Below, one piece after another: positions 10,504 to 24,500 of a DNA stretch of 64,000 nt (positions are counted from its first letter, which is position 1; every line of letters begins with the position of its first letter). The notes below the pieces were generated by a model. The model was not told the DNA's origin and did not search any database. It was given only the letters and a program-made list of their open reading frames with translations. Origin of the DNA: the human T2T-CHM13v2.0 reference genome, Homo sapiens; the NCBI RefSeq assembly GCF_009914755.1, contig NC_060938.1; one strand, given 5' to 3'. Position numbers and translations under genes: made by a program.

Positions 10504-10587
10504 AACAGATACAGCCTGGGAAACGCCAGTGTAACGTGCCAACGTGCCTAAACCCTGACCTGGAGGGACAGCCATTGAGGATGAGAG
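10504..10587 (+). CDS. UNC79: UNC79 coding exon (84 nt, phase 1-1): EQIQPGKRQCNVPTCLNPDLEGQPLRMR
   Basis: Acceptor tatttatccacag|AA, donor AGAG|gttagt; in frame. Confidence 0.9.
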
Positions 10588-10837
10588 GTTAGTTGAGTCA
10601 CAGAGTCTCTGGCTGTAAAAGCTGAAGGAGACTGGACATGTCCATCATTTGGTCACCCAGCAGGTGCAGGCTTTTTCTTAGCACCTCCATGGAGTGGGGA
10701 TGACCTTTGCCCAAACACCCCCAGTGGCTGAGAGTGCGTGACATCTCATCTTTGAACATGGCCAACAGTTCTTCCTTATAGTGACTTTCTAACCCTTGCA
10801 CACAAAACAAGTCTAGTCTTCTCTCATATATATATAT

Positions 10838-11045
10838 GTTCAAGCCATTCTCCTGCCCCAGCCTCCCGAGGAGTAGCTGGGATTACAGGCATGCACCACC
10901 ACACCCAGATAATTTTTGTACTTTTAGTAGAGATGAGGTTTCACCATGTTGGCCAGGCTAGTCACAAACTCCTGACCTCAGGTGATCCACCTGCCTCGAC
11001 CTCCCAAAGTGCTGGGATTATAGGCATGAGCCACCATGCCTGGCC
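10838..11045 (-). mobile_element. AluS lacking its 3' end and tail, abutting a (TA)n tract
   Basis: Antisense Alu begins abruptly at gttcaagccattctcctgcc after catatatatatat. Confidence 0.9.
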
Positions 11046-13634
11046 TCTTCTATAATTTTTGGACATTGCTTATTCCCTCAGTCCTTTCTGGACCAGACAT
11101 TCCTAGGTCCTTCAGCATTCCTCCTCAGACATATCAGTTTTCCATATCATGCCATATCTACTCTTCTGAGCATGGTCCAGCTAATCTGTATTTTTTTCTA
11201 GAATATTGAGGTCATAGGCTAATAGTTTCTTTCCAGCTCTCTGAAGTATACATTGAAAAGATTCACTTGAATTGATGCTGCTCACAGAAGCAAGCTGAAG
11301 GCCAATCTGTGCTAAGGTCAGAATATTCATTTTCAAAATTAATCCCATGAATTTAAAGTAGTTAATTGTTACCTTTGTTCTTTTTTAATTGAGAAGGCAG
11401 ATTAACCTATCATTGGTAGAAAAGCAGAATACCCAGAAAGAATTATAATCCCATCTCACAACTAGTCTTTTAAATCAAGTAGACCTATTTTTCTAGACCA
11501 TGTCACTCTTCTAATTTTCCTAAGGAATGAGGTGCTATTGATCTCCAGCTTTTGCTCACATTTCTTTGGCAATGAATAGCAGTTTTAGTCCCTGTACTGG
11601 ATGAGGTAAGATTCTTCTCATCTATGGGGCTAGGAAAAGCTTTGATGAGTAGAAGTAAGGGTGGTTGAACAAATCTTTGGTGCTTGTTCATGATCTGGTG
11701 ACTCAGTAGCAGCAAAAGTGGAATGAAGTGATGAGAACACTAAGATGGAAAGTCAGTCTCTTTCATGGTAAACTCAAGAGCCCATCAGTACAGCTGGGGG
11801 ATTGATCCATGCATGCCTTTGAGACAAACACCTTCATAATTTTTCCTGTCTCCAAGACTCGCAAAGGGACTTTTGTCAAAATCTTCAGCTTCAAAGTTGG
11901 GCTCTGGAGGTGGGCCCCTCTTCATTCAAATTTCTGAGAGCCCTCTGTTTCTGCTGCTAGCTCAGTGTAGCGTGCACTTCAGCTATTCAGAAGGGGAGCC
12001 AGTAGTGGAGGCATCAGAAATGTCGGCAGCAACTTGGGGGTGATAGGGACTGCCTTTAACATTGCAGACTTATTGTGACTGAAGTATAACAACGGTGGCT
12101 GAGGTCTGTGGCTTCCTTTTTGCATTTCCCACCTCCTCCTAGTACATTACTTTTTGTTCCTACTTCAGTAGCAATATTTAGCGATCCATTGATTCAGCCA
12201 GTGTTGCCCTATGGGGATCAGTGTCCAATAACTGAACCTGTCTGCTTTTATAGATGACGGCCATAAATATTGCATCATACATTCCGTGCTGTCATATGGA
12301 AAAACAACTTCACAATGCTATTGTCAAAAACACCTCTTTCTTGGCATTTGTATTAGGCAATAATTAGTTTGAAACTGCCAGAATGACTTCGAGTGCCTCC
12401 CTTTTCTTGACTTTAATTGTGATTACTATATAATAGTAATTGGCAATAATCATCTGAAAGGCTTGACTCAGAGGTTTTTTAATTAAAAAATCAATTTCTT
12501 ATGTTTCTAGTAAGTCTATGTATGTATCATCATATATTGTATGGGCTGAATTTTTCCACTTTTAGCACAAGCATTCTGACATCTGGTCAATGTGGTCTGT
12601 CAATGTTCAAGAAATGTGGAGTATTGAATTTAAATTTTCTGTGTGTTGGTTTCTTGAAGCAACTTCATGCGGTTTACCGTGCTATTTAGTAATCAATTGT
12701 GTCTTCATTTATCTTGGACTATTTCTTGCCTTTTCTGTTATTAATCAGTGTACATTTATGCTTGTAATTCTGTTGCTTCCACTCAAAGTAACATCTTTAT
12801 GAAACAATTGAAGATCTTTGTGAATTATACACTTACGTATACTTAGGGAAGGATGTTATCTTGGATATAGCTGATAAACATAGTAGTAAAATTTGGATTC
12901 CCATTTGGGAGCTTAGGAAGTGACATAAAGATATTTTCAGATACTTTCCTTTGCAGTTTGGATTTGCAAATGTTCTTCTTATACTCGTGTAACCTTTGAT
13001 CAGGCAAAGGAGTCTGCAGAATGGAAGCATCTTGACTTTTCAAAGGCTCAACACTATTTTTTCTTCCGAAAATTCAGATTGAAACACATTGCCCACTTGG
13101 CTAGCTTTATGAATATTTTGATTCCTTTAGAAACTCATTGTCTGAATCATTCTCCTATTTGAGGAAATCTTTCCCCTATTTGAGGAAAGGTCATACCGGG
13201 TTTTTGTTTGCTTGTTTGTTTTCTCCCAGCACCAAGATACTAATTCCTTGATGAGAAAGATTATTTAATGACTCTTGGATTTTTCTGCCTTCTTTCCTGT
13301 TTGAGGAACTTAGCGTTTTAGTTATTACTTTGTAGAACATGGCATTATTCTGGATGATCCCTTTGAGATTCTTCTTGGGGTGCTTCATTTTCATGAGACT
13401 CTGTCTTGCACTAGTGGCTTTCTTAATGGAGAACAGCTTCCTGACTTTCCAGACTGATTTACTCATCCCTGGACCATGTTGCTAAGATTCTTGCCTCAGA
13501 TTTCTTTGAAGACATCAAACCCCAAAGTTTTAAACACCGTGGTATCGATTGGCTGACGTGGAATGAGTCACTGGATGGTTCCTTCAAAAAAACTTGATAT
13601 CACATTCATAAATACTTCAGTTTGAAAAATGCAA

Positions 13635-13966
<332 letters not shown>

Positions 13967-14432
13967 TTAAGTGCATGGAGTTCTGGGATCTTACCACCTT
14001 CCCATATTAGCAAAACTGTAATGTTGATATGCGTTTGTGATTTTAGAAATGCAGTATCATATGGGAAGTTTCCATTTATGCCTACAAATAAGAATTGTAG
14101 CTCTTTTAAGGGTACCCTTGAATAGATTTTCCCCTTTGTCTTTCATCTTTGTCTTTGGACCCTGCTGGCACACCTGAGCTCTTTCTGATTTCTTTCAAAG
14201 TCAAGAAGCAAAGAGAGAGAAGTCTAGCTCTTCACTTCAACCAAGCAGAAACAAATCACAATCTTTCTTGACTTCATTTCATGATTGAGGGCTTTCTGCA
14301 GTACAGTTGGGATGTCCAAGTTGTATTCCTGGGAATGTGATCTTTGGAGGGTTTCTAAGAGGAGAACCAGGCCTTTCTTGGCCCCTTGAAGCTCATCTAT
14401 ATTCACTGGTTGTCCCTTTGCTGCTTACCCAG

Positions 14433-14535
14433 GTGCCACCAAATCCAGCCTGCTATCAGCACCAAGCATAGTCAGTATGTTTGTGCCTGCACCTGAAGAG
14501 TTCACTGACGAGCAGCCGACGGTGATGACGGACAA
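14433..14535 (+). CDS. UNC79: UNC79 coding exon (103 nt, phase 1-2): GATKSSLLSAPSIVSMFVPAPEEFTDEQPTVMTDK
   Basis: Acceptor tttgctgcttacccag|GT, donor ACAA|gtaagc; in frame. Confidence 0.93.
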
Positions 14536-14684
14536 GTAAGCTCGCACAGTTATTTTCTTCACCATGTTTACAGAATTTAAGTTTGGTTACCACAGTGGTG
14601 AGAAAGTTTCAGAAAAAGCATGCTTTGCTTTTAAGTCATAATTTGTTCCTCCAGTATATTGCCTGGCACACAGATGCTTGTTCA

Positions 14685-15038
<354 letters not shown>

Positions 15039-15047
15039 TTAGGTAGA

Positions 15048-15402
15048 TGATATGGTTTGGCTATGTTCCCACCCAAATCTCACCTTGAATTGTAATAATC
15101 CCCACATGTCAAAGGTGGGGCCAGGTGGAGATAATTGAATCATGGGGGCAGTTTCCCCCATACTGTTCTCATGGCAGTGAATAAGTCTCATGAGATCTGA
15201 TGATTTTATGAATGGGAGTTCCCCTGCACAAGCTCTCTTGCCTCCTGCCATGTAAGATGTGACTTTGCTCCCCCTTGCCTTCCACCATGATTGTGAGGCC
15301 ACTCCAGCCATGTGGAACTGAGAGTCAATTAAACGTCTTTCCTTTATGAATTACCTAGTCTTGGGTATGTCTTTATTAGCAGCATGAGAACAGACTAATA
15401 CA
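15048..15402 (+). mobile_element. THE1 (MaLR) solo LTR
   Basis: TGATATGGTTTGGCT...CAGACTAATACA termini, ~355 bp. Confidence 0.92.
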
Positions 15403-15430
15403 GTATGCTTCTGATAAAAGGTGAGGAAGG

Positions 15431-15790
<360 letters not shown>

Positions 15791-16842
15791 TCATTGTAAT
15801 GACCTGACAGCCATGACTGAAGAAGCGGTGGTGCCTGTCTCATGCAGCTGCCTTGGAAGGTCCACACAGGTCATTGAGTTGCCCATGGAGGGCTCTCTCC
15901 AGCTCTTCCTTTGGGATTACCCCCCTCCCCAAGTCTTAATCTTTCCTATTTGCCTTTCTGTGCACTCCATTTCTTTTCTTTTTTACTTAGAAATGTGAAT
16001 CCTGTATTTTAAAATGTCAATTTGTAAGAAATTTTTATGCTCTTTCTTTGGCCTATATTTAGGAAGTTTTCAGAAGGAAGGGTCACAACAACAGTTGTAG
16101 TTCTTGATTCCCTGCTATTCCCATTAGACTTTCGCTTCCTTTTATAAAACTGCTCACTTTATCAGCTGGCTTTGGTCGTGTTGAATGAAATGGACCCTAC
16201 ATTAGGACACTACAAAGAGCGGTAGGTTGGAAGTTACCTAAAAGCGGGTGCCATTGTTTGTGCTTTTACATATGACACTCGGCAGGCCTGGTGAGTTCAT
16301 AAAACTCATCTGAGTGAGTGGTGGAGAAGAGACTCCATTGTCTCCTCAGGCTTTCCAGATGGTTCTGTAGACTTGACTACCCTGTCTCTTACCCACAAAT
16401 AGAACATTTTCTGAAAGCCTCCATCCGTGCCTAAGCATTTTTCATTTTTAACTTCAACAAATTAAAAACAAATCTAGTTACTGACTTTCCTCAGCAATAA
16501 TGTCAAATGCATCAAATCCTTCATCCACAGGCTTCAAACTGATGGCCCAGTTGGTACTCATTCTAAGTGAGAGCAGTCACTCACATGCAGGCCAGATGCT
16601 GGGGAACTGAAAGAACATTTTCAGTCATCAGAGGCACCTTCGTGGTCTCTGCCATGTGTGCTGTTTCTGTATCTGTGGTGATGGCAGCACTGGAATCCTC
16701 TACTGATTACCAGAGTGGGGCTCCTGATCTCCTTTTGGAGACTTTTCCAAGACCTACTAAAAACAGCCGTGTGTGTAGTATATTATATCTTGAGACCATG
16801 GTTCTTTCTTTCATGGAAAGCATGTCTCTCTTTTCTTTGCAG

Positions 16843-16983
16843 ATGCCATGACTGTGGGGCCATTCTTGAAGAATACGATGAAGAGACACTTGGGCTAGCC
16901 ATCGTGGTCCTCTCCACATTCATTCACTTAAGCCCAGACCTGGCAGCCCCGCTGCTGCTGGATATCATGCAGTCTGTGGGAAG
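16843..16983 (+). CDS. UNC79: UNC79 coding exon (141 nt, phase 2-2): CHDCGAILEEYDEETLGLAIVVLSTFIHLSPDLAAPLLLDIMQSVGR
   Basis: Acceptor ctcttttctttgcag|A, donor GAAG|gtgaat; matches the 3' part of ORF 16715..16987. Confidence 0.95.
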
Positions 16984-19893
16984 GTGAATGTCAGCTTCTG
17001 TTTTGTTTGGTAGGAAGGTCCTTTATTCAGTCTCTATCTTGAACTAAAAACTACCAGTTCAAAAGTGAAACATTCAGCCACCTTGTAGATACTGGTATTT
17101 GTGACATCAACTCAGACTAGTTTTAAAAACCAAATAGACTCGTCTTTCGACTGAATTCTCCAGCTGCGTAGGGTCATGAGTCACAATGTCAGAGCAAAGC
17201 TAGGGGCAACTGCACTAAGGAAACCCCACTGTTTGTTACCCCTGTCACTAAATGAGCTAATGGTTGTAACCACGCACACAACTGTCAGCAGTTGATAGTA
17301 AACACTTCGTAAGTATTACCTGTTATTATTATTTCTCTTTACCTGTTTTGAGATGGATTTTCTAGGCATTTGTAATCTCAAGGACACCTCATTTAACTAT
17401 GAAACTTGGGGCATTGTTGTGTGAGGAGACACATAGTAATTATAGCAGGTTCACATTTCTGACTCAGATAAAAGAAGGATGCACACATTTGGGGAACAGG
17501 GCTTTCAACCTGACTGAGAGATTACGCTTAGCTGCTTTGAGGGTGTTCATGCTAAGAAAATTCTATTTAGTAGATAGGACATTAGAAGATAAAGATATAT
17601 TTCATGGATATGAAGAAAGCTCAAATTCAATAACAAACTGTAGTCTTAGCGTGCACAACTTATAGGAGAGGGTTGAATTAAATGCCACATAAATGTATTA
17701 ACATTTCCAATCTGTGTGAACAGTGCCAGGTGCTTTAGGCTGCAGGCGTTAGACAGAGCTCTTGGCCTCAGGTACTTTGGGCTTAGTTGCTGTGACAGTT
17801 ACTGTGGACTCATTGACTAGCCAAATAAGATAGGGTGTGATTAAATGCTGTAATGAGTGGAATGAGAGAGAGCTAAGTGCTAGAGAAGATTAGTATAGGA
17901 AAGATGTCTTAAAGTTTATAAGGAGGAGGTAGCACAAGAACTGGATTCTGCAAACTCTTGGCATTTGAGGAAAGGAAAGAGAATGACTCTTAATGTTGCT
18001 AAAATTTAATCCTTTTTTAAAAATGAAAAAATGTTGACTTCAAGTTGAAGACAAATAGGAAAGCATTATAAACTCCTCAACCCCAAAAGTGTATGGCTTT
18101 CTTATCCTCCCTCCCTCCAGTTTTTTTGGTAGTGTCCTTAGGAGTCATATAGACAGATTGTATAAAGGTAAGTGTGACCATTGCATCTCAAGACTTCAAA
18201 ATAGCCCATGTGCCAAGTAAGGGATGGATATGGGGATATGGAGAGATAAGAGAAGATGAATTACTTCATTTAAGCCCTTGAGTTTGACCTAGTCATAGTA
18301 ATTGCAGAATAAATGTTGTCAGCTATCAGCAATACTTGGGGAGTTGAGAGTTTTTATTAATACCAGGTCACAATTTCTACTATCAATACTTCTTAGTTTC
18401 AGAATGTATAGAATTATTGTTCTGGTCTGTTATCATCTCTTTGAAACAGATGATCTAAGTTGTCATAGCTATATAGAGGGGTTTGTTTCAGTTTTGTTTC
18501 TTTTGTTTGTTTTAACATAAGTGAGAACAATATGTGTTCAAACATTGCCAACTGTTAGGATTGAAACACATGAGCTTTGAAGAAAAGCAAGGGAAAACCA
18601 GTAGCAGATACATTTTTACATATTTACATACACATATATTTAAATCTCTACCTCCTTTGGGTAGACTAGCAAGAGACAGGGAGTACATTTAGTGCAAGCT
18701 GCCACAATTCTTAGCAACCTAAGCCTAATCACCAAAGCTACCAAGAAAACAGATTCAACTGTCAGCTAATTCAGGGCTTCCTGGCATGCCTCACTTCATC
18801 ACGAAGAACAGATGAGATCATGTGGTTTTACAAACACATTGTTTATTTGCGCTAATTATGACCACGGGGACCATTCCCAGCAATTCCAAGAGTTTGTAAG
18901 CTCAGCATAACGCTTTCGTGGATCACTCAAGCTTTTCCATATGATCTCATACTTTGCTGTCTGCTTGGATCCCTCTTACATGATCCCTTTCTGTAGGTAC
19001 AGCCTTTAAAATCTCATTTGCTGCACCATTAATTACTGTTACTGTTTAGTTTACTTGTCAATGTTTATCTATTTTTTGTAGTGACATTAGCATGAGAAGG
19101 TCTGTAAACAACACAACTGGGAATGGTGTCTGGTGTTAGTGGTTGCTGGACCCCCTATTCTTCTCTAAGTGGGGTCTTGGCTCAGCTCACTCTTACACCT
19201 GTAGTCCTAATCAAGTAAATAAATTTGCAACATTCTCCTTATCTGTTTCTTCAGTATCTTACTGATCCAGACATGTTATTCTAAACCCATCAGTATAGTC
19301 CATTCTCTTTCTATATGATAACATATAGAATATTTCCACACATACAGAACCGTATAATTATACTTTTCTGGAAATTACATGCTCCATATCGTTTACTTAA
19401 CCAATACATTTCTCTTCTCAATGTAACATTTCCTTTTTCCTCATTTCAACCCAACAGCTGACAAATATTCCTGTTATCTATTTTACTATCTTATGGAGGC
19501 TTTTACCACTTGTGGTTTGTTTATAGTTAGGTTTCAGAGGTTATATACAAAGAAATGAATTTCGAGTTGAGTTAATATGGAGAGGAGCTGGGTCAAATGT
19601 TGTTGTGATAACTGTCTGGCCTGGCTGCAGGCACCATTTTGTAGAAAACCAACTTTAACTGCAAGTGTTTCCATGAAAATGTCTAACTTGATATAGCAGG
19701 TCTCAAGGACTAGGTCAAGTTTAACTCTAGAGACTGACCACTGAGTGGGCCCTCTGTACTGTCAAGGGAATTGTCAACATTATACATGTCTCCCCATCTA
19801 AACTGGAAACACAACAGGTCCTCCCACAATATTAATGCATTTCATCATGGAAACCTAAGATATTTGTGTGACTCTCTTTACTTTATTTCCTAG

Positions 19894-19932
19894 ATTGGCA
19901 TCCAGTACTACCTTTTCTAATCAAGCAGAAAG
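19894..19932 (+). CDS. UNC79: UNC79 short coding exon (39 nt, phase 2-2): LASSTTFSNQAES
   Basis: Acceptor ctttactttatttcctag|A, strong donor AAAG|gtaagg; symmetric and in frame. Confidence 0.9.
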
Positions 19933-20013
19933 GTAAGGTCCTAACGGGAGCCCAGATCTCACTTTCTTTTCTCCTCTGTGCATGTTCATCCTGTTTCTAA
20001 AACACCAGTGTGG

Positions 20014-20153
20014 GGCTGGGTGCAGTGGCTCGCGTCTGTAATCTCAGCACTTTGGGAGGCCAGGGTGGGAGGATCACTCGAGCCCGGGAGTTCAAGACCA
20101 TCCTGGGCAACATAGCAAGACCCTGTCTCAATAAAAAATAAAAAATAAAAAAA
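20014..20153 (+). mobile_element. Alu left monomer (FLAM-like)
   Basis: Single monomer with A-tail; TSD-like aaaa(c/t)accag. Confidence 0.88.
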
Positions 20154-21021
20154 ATACCAGCTTGTGCACCACGGAGGGAATATTGTTAGGCTCCAATTGC
20201 AGCTCTAGAGAGCACTAGTTATTCATTTTCTGTTCATGCCTTTATTCATTCATTCATTCACTCATTTTAGCCAACAAATACTTTTAAGCCCACCCTGTGC
20301 TAGACACTCAGGCCTTCACTGGGGGCAAAACTGACATGATTCCTGCCGTCATGGGGCTTATAGTCTATCCATGAAGCCAATGTGAATAAAATATTTGCAC
20401 AAATTTATAATTGTAAACTGTGCTAAGTGCTATGAAGAAAAAGTACAGAGAGACTTATATAACAGTAATTCATTCAACAAGTATTTATGGAGTGACTACT
20501 AGTTATTGAGGTTATAGTAACTATAACAAAACATCAAATCCTGGCTCTCACGGAACTTACATTCTACTTGAGGAGGGAGAAAATAAGCAAATTAACCAAC
20601 AGGAAAACTGACTATGTAATTTGATATCATTTAGTGCTAAATGCAAGAAAATGAATCTAGCAAGTCTGGGAGATAGAGAGTGCCCGGAGCTGGTGTTTTA
20701 GATATAATGGTCAAGGACAGCATTTTTGAGGAGGTAATATTTGAACAAAACATGAATAAAGTGAGAGAGTGATCCATGCAGTAATTTATAGAAATAACAT
20801 TCCAGGCAGAGGGAGCAGCAAATACAAAGTCTCTAAGTCAGGAAAATGCCTCATATATTTGGAAAACAGACTAATGTGGCTGGAGCAGGTTGAGTATGAA
20901 AAAGAGTGGGAGGAGATGAGAGGGAAGAGGCAGTGTGAGCCAGGCCAAGTAGAGCCCTGCAGGTCATTTTAAGGATGCAGCAGGGAGTCATTGGAGTGAG
21001 GAGCAATGTGCTTTAACCTGC

Positions 21022-21387
21022 TGCATTAGTCCACTTTCACACTGCTGATAATGACATGCCTAAGACTGGGTAATTTATAAAAGAAAGTGGTTTAATTGAC
21101 TCACAGTTCCACATGGCTGGGGAGGCCTCACAATCATGGTGGAAGATGAAGGAAGAGCAAAGGGACGTCTTACATGGCAGCCAGCAAAGAGAGAGCTTGT
21201 GCAGGGGAACTCCCATTTATAAAACCATCAGATCTTGTGAGACTTATTCACTACCACAAGGACAGTATGGGGAAAACCACCCCTATGATTCAGTTATCTC
21301 CCACTGGGCCCCTCCCACAACGTGTGGGAATTATGGGAGCTACAATTCAAAATGAGATTTGGGTGGAGACACAGGCAAACCATATTA
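21022..21387 (-). mobile_element. THE1 (MaLR) solo LTR
   Basis: Reverse-complement THE1 termini; perfect 5-bp TSD CCTGC at 21017-21021 and 21388-21392. Confidence 0.93.
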
Positions 21388-21412
21388 CCTGCTTTGAAGG
21401 ATCACTGCCTAG

Positions 21413-21590
21413 TTACTGATCAAGGGGCATGAAGTTTTAGTCAAGCCAGATGAATGAGCTCTGAAGATCTGCTGTATGGCGTTGCATCTACAGTCAACAG
21501 TAATGTATTGTACATGAACACTTGTTAAGAGAATAGTTCTCATGTTAAGTGTTCTTACACAATAAAATAAATCTTTTTAAGGAAAAAAAA
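21413..21590 (+). mobile_element. Old L1M 3'-end fragment
   Basis: gatgaatgagctctgaagatctgctgta...catgttaagtgttcttacacaataaaataaa. Confidence 0.7.
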
Positions 21591-24500
21591 TTTTGAGGAC
21601 CCCTCTGGCTTCTCTGTTGAAAATAGGTTATGGGGAAGGGGTAAAAATGGAAGGAGGGAACCAGTTTGGAGACCATGTTAGCGGTGCAGGTGAGAGGTTA
21701 GTGGTTTGGTCTAAAGTGGTGAGAGGCAGCCACATTAAGGATATATTTAGGAAATATTTTGAAGTAGAGCCAACAGAATTTGCTGATAGATTGGATGTTG
21801 GGTGTGAGAGAAAGAGAGGAGGCAAGAATGACTCCTAGGTTTTGGTTTAAACAACTGGGTGGGCGGGTGTGGCATTTGCTGAGATGAGCAAGCCTGGATG
21901 AGAGCTGATGGTGTGAGTGGGTGTAACGGGTGGTCCCAGTCTGGTCTTGGTAGTGGTAGAGGAGGGGAGAATGAGGGGAGGGCTTCCCTTAAGAAGTGAT
22001 GTTTAAACTAAGATCTGAAAAAATGAGTTTAACCTGATTATGCACATAGTTATGGAAAGAGCATGGTAAAAACAGTGTGTAGGAGGAACTATGAAAAAGC
22101 CAATATAACCACAGCACAGAGATGCAAGCACTTGCTGAGTTTGACTTACCAGATTGTGTATGACTTATAAACCACATTAAATATTTTGGACTTTCTTCTA
22201 GCAGCAGTGGGAAGACAGTGAAGGATTTGTAAGCAGCAAGGTGTGTGTGTGCGTGCGTGTGTATAGCATGTAGAAAGGCTACTTTGACTGCAGTGGGGAG
22301 AAAGAACCAGAAGAGGGCAGGGACGGATGCTGTGTGTGACTTTGGCCACATTGATCTCTCTGCCTTAGCTTCCTCATCTGTAAAAGAGAGATACTAATAT
22401 ATGCCTTCTTGTGCCTCAGGGGTATTTTCTGTGGACTCAAATGATAGAGTGTATATGATAGCATAACTGTAGCAGGTCCTACAAACATAAGATGATATTA
22501 TTGTTGACATCGCATTTCTATAATTTATTTTAGGGATGTTTGCTTTTCTTTCTTATGTTCTATTCGATGAATGGCTTTTTAAAAAACTTATTTTCTTAAC
22601 ATTTTTTATGAAAGATTTTAAACATACTGCAAAGTTGAAAGAATTATACAGTGAACTCTCATATACCTATCACCTAGATTTTAAAACAAATATTTTATTT
22701 TCTTTATCATGCATCCAACCATCTATCTATCCATCAATTCATTTTTTTGGATGTATTTCAGAGTAAATTTCAGATATTAGAATATATTTTCCCCTACATA
22801 CTTCAGCAAAGTTAGCATTAACTCAAGTTCAATTTTTGTATACAGTTGTTTCTTTTTTCCTCCAGCTTTATTGAGGTATAATTGAGAAATAAAAATTATA
22901 TCTATTTAAGATATAAATGTGATCTTTTGATAGATGTGTACATTGTGAAATGATTACCACAATCAAGCTAATTAACATATCACCTCACATAGTTATCTTT
23001 TTATTTTTTGGTGAAAACATTTGAAATCTACTCTCTCAGCAAATTTCAAGTATACGATACATTGTTGTTAACTATACTCACCATATTGTACATTGACGAT
23101 GGTTGTTTCTTTTGTAAAATTTACATACAAGGAAGTGCACAAATCTTAAGTGTTTATTCCTTGAGTTTTGTCAAATGCATATGACTGTGTAACCCAAACC
23201 CCTGTAAAGATAGAGAACATTACCATTATTCCCAGAAAGTTCTCTCGTGCACGTTTCCAGCTAATCTCTACCCCCATAGAGGCAAACACTGTTGTGATAT
23301 TTTTCCACATGGGTTGATTTTGCCCATTCTAGACTTCATGTCAATGGAATCCTACTGTATGCACTCTTTTGTGTCCAACTTCTGTTACTCAGCATGATGT
23401 TTTTGAGATTTATCCATGTTGCTGCTTTTTTATCAGGAGTTTGTTTCTTTTTCAAGGCTGAATTGTATCCCATAATTTGCTTTTTTATTTTCTTATTGAA
23501 GGACTTCTAGGTTTTTTCAGTTGGGGGGTATAAAAAAATAGATCTATTGTGAACATTCTTATAAAAGCCCTTTTTAAAACAAGTGTTTTTATTTCTCTTG
23601 GGTAAAATACCTAGGGATGATATTGTTGGGTTACAGGATAGGTATATGTTTAATTTTATCAGAAACTACTGGAACTTCTCTTAAAGTGGTTATGCCACTT
23701 TATATTACCAATCATCAATGTATTCTGGTTGTTTCATATTCTTGCCCAACTTTGGCATTGTTGGTCTTTTTAATTTTGGTCATTCTGGTGGATGTGTAAT
23801 GGGTATTTCATTATAGTTTTAACTTGCATTTCTCTATGACATTTTTTCAAGTGCTCATTGACCCATTGCGTATATTCTTTTGAGAAGTGTCTGGTCAAAT
23901 CTTTTGAATATTTTAATTGGGTTGTTGTCTTTTTATTGCTGAGTTGTAAGACTTTATATATACTGAATACTAGTCCTTTGTTAAGTATGTTTTGAGAATA
24001 TTTTCACCCAGTCTGGGGCATGCCTATTTCTTTTCTTAGTGGTATCTTTTGCTGAGAAATGTTTAATTTAGGTGAATTCTAATGCATTAAAACAAAACAT
24101 TACAATTATTGCTTCTTTTTATTTGTCTAAGAAACCTTTGTTTACTTCCAAGTCATGCAGATATTCTCTAATGTTTTCTTATAAAGGCTTTATGGTTTTC
24201 ATATGTATATTTGGCATTTATAAAACCCATCTCAAATTAATTTTTATGTATGGTGTGAGGCAGCAGTAGGAGTTCATTTTTATCTATGTGGATATTCAGT
24301 TTTTCAGCACAGTTAAAAAAGATATTTTCTTTTCTTATTGGATCACTGTGGTGCCTGTTAAGCTTAGAAACCATGGAAGGGTGGATCTATTTCTGGGCTC
24401 TCTATTCTGTTCCATTGATCTATATATTAATTCTTAAGTTTGCACCACACTGTCTTGATTATAGTACCTTCATAGTAAGTAGTAAGTGTTAAAGTCAGGT

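Larger units (their letters stand above)
20240..22320 (-). mobile_element. L2 fragments, interrupted by THE1 and an L1M 3' piece
   Basis: (ttca)n L2 3' ends at ~20243 and ~20468; L2-like purine-rich text to ~22300. Confidence 0.65.

Noticed and set aside
15039-15311. Three similar ORFs (..RACAGELPFIK..) at 15039, 21174 and 50660 that look like a gene family
   Set aside because: All are the antisense frame of THE1 LTRs.
16166-16290. Pseudo-exon ending in a strong CTG|gtgagt donor
   Set aside because: Ambiguous acceptor and frameshifting; such pseudo-exons are common and I see no extra support.
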